Source: Eledone cirrhosa (Eukaryota). Taken from it: DNA of 64,000 bases. Below the pieces are notes generated by a model that was not told the origin of the DNA, searched no databases, and worked only from the letters and a program-made list of their open reading frames with translations. Made by a program: the position numbers and the translations under genes. The stretch is taken from contig OZ024747.1 of NCBI GenBank assembly GCA_964016885.1, forward strand, positions 27,280,001 to 27,344,000. The letters run 5' to 3'. Below are positions 62,726 through 64,000 of the stretch, in pieces; within the stretch, counting starts at the first letter, position 1; each line of letters opens with the position of its first letter.

Positions 62726-63539
62726 CTCTATTAAGATCACCCATGTTCCCATAGGTGTGGAGGTTTATAAGTTAGGATAATTCTTGTAACAGCTACATGG
62801 ATTAAAACACCCAAGAAACCTCCTATGAAAGGCACCCTCCTGAAAGGTTAGCTAAATACCACCACAGATTCAACTAGAAACGTTCATATTCCCATGAGTG
62901 TGTAGGTTTGTTTATTTTAACAGCTACATTGATGATATGTCTTACTGTTAACCCTTGTGATACCAGCCTGGTCAAAATTGCTTCTGGGTCTATGAACCAA
63001 AACCACCCATTTTAAAGGGTTCCTATTGTTAAGTTCATGATCAGGCTGCTCTGTTGATCAAACTGGAACACTCATCATCAGAATTGACGGAAGTCCAACA
63101 GAACATACAATGTGTGAATGTGTGAAGGCATGTGATTTAGTTAAGGTGTTGGAACTGATGATCATAAGTATGAGGCTTTGATTCTTTGATTAGATAGCAA
63201 TTATGTTCTTGAGCAAGACACTTAATTTCACATTGCTTTTCATGATAGAAATGAGGTTTTTATCATTAAAACACCTGAGAAACCTCACATGAGATACAGC
63301 TTCAGAAGAGGCCAACTAAGCCTGCATGAGTGTGGGCTATAACAGCAGGATATGACTAGGGCCTCTATAATTAAAATACCTAAGAAACCTCTTATGAGAT
63401 GTAGCCTTATAGGAGGTCAGTTAATCCTACATAGGTGTGAGTTGTAAATTTGACATTTTTCTTACAGTGTGTGTTTGTTTGTGTACGAGTTTTATCTGGA
63501 ATAAGGACACCATTAATCTGTCTTTCCCTTCTATTTTAG

Positions 63540-63648
63540 GCAATGACTTAGCTCGAGTATTACGCTGGGGTCCTGGATATACCGGTGGGGAAGATCCCCT
63601 AAATTTACTCAGAGATGTAATTGATGCAGAAGAAATTAAACTTGACAG
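63540..63648 (+). CDS. DGKQ: DGK-theta exon (GNDLARVLRWGPGYTGGEDPLNLLRDVIDAEEIKLDR)
   Basis: TTTTAG/GTAAGA, phase 1-2; completes PLGTGNDLAR. The gene continues beyond the window. Confidence 0.97.
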
Positions 63649-63689
63649 GTAAGAAACCAAATTAGACCTAAAACACTCACACACTCACT

Positions 63690-63799
63690 CAGTGGCAGAT
63701 TAAGGGAGGGCAGTGCTGACTGAGCTTACTACCATAAATAATACACAACACCCCAGATTAAATTTTCCAAGGGCCCAATGCAATCTTAATCTGCCATTG
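63690..63799. mobile_element. Short MITE-like element (hAT-like ends)
   Basis: TIRs CAGTGGCAGATTAAG / CTTAATCTGCCATTG; TSD not clean. Confidence 0.5.
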
Positions 63800-64000
63800 C
63801 TCACAATTTTTGCCATCAATTCTTTTGATATCAATCTGACTGAATCCACTCTCTGGTTCTATATGATACAAAACCATCCATTTTAAAATGTTATACTTAT
63901 ATTAAAACCTTCCATCATAATTTTATATAAGAAATTTTAACAAAAGAATCCAAACATCAGCTTACTAATGTTGATTATTTTATTAAATTCTTCGAAAATG

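Overview
AT-rich, repeat-dense animal DNA. The SINE, RTE-LINE and microsatellite content suggests a coleoid cephalopod, probably an octopod (inference). The window lies inside a diacylglycerol kinase theta (DGKQ-like) gene on the + strand. Eleven phase-consistent GT-AG exons at 40449-63648 encode the post-C1 linker, Ras-association-like region, RRM-like region and the start of the DAGK catalytic domain (GGDGT). Bases 1-40448 look like one very large intron with a candidate 9-nt microexon. Inside it, one (TA)n run of a minisatellite has grown into a ~22 kb nest of non-LTR retroelements (15.6-37.9 kb): a Penelope-like GIY-YIG element, two CR1-type LINEs, several RTE LINEs, a SINE and two fold-back palindromes. 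The strongest observations are: (1) minimal type I hammerhead ribozymes, one intact in the Penelope 3' repeat and a pair on opposite strands of a 358-bp inverted repeat; (2) an intact tRNA-Gly(GCC) without terminator fused 8 nt upstream of a 5'-truncated RTE LINE; (3) a CR1 whose AUG-less ORF2 lies in the -1 frame behind a G GGA AAC slippery heptamer; (4) a Tx1/L1-type LINE inserted with a 10-bp TSD in frame into an RTE endonuclease; (5) multi-kb inverted RTE pairs inside the pre-mRNA. Everything was read by eye, no database searches were run, and repeat boundaries are approximate.
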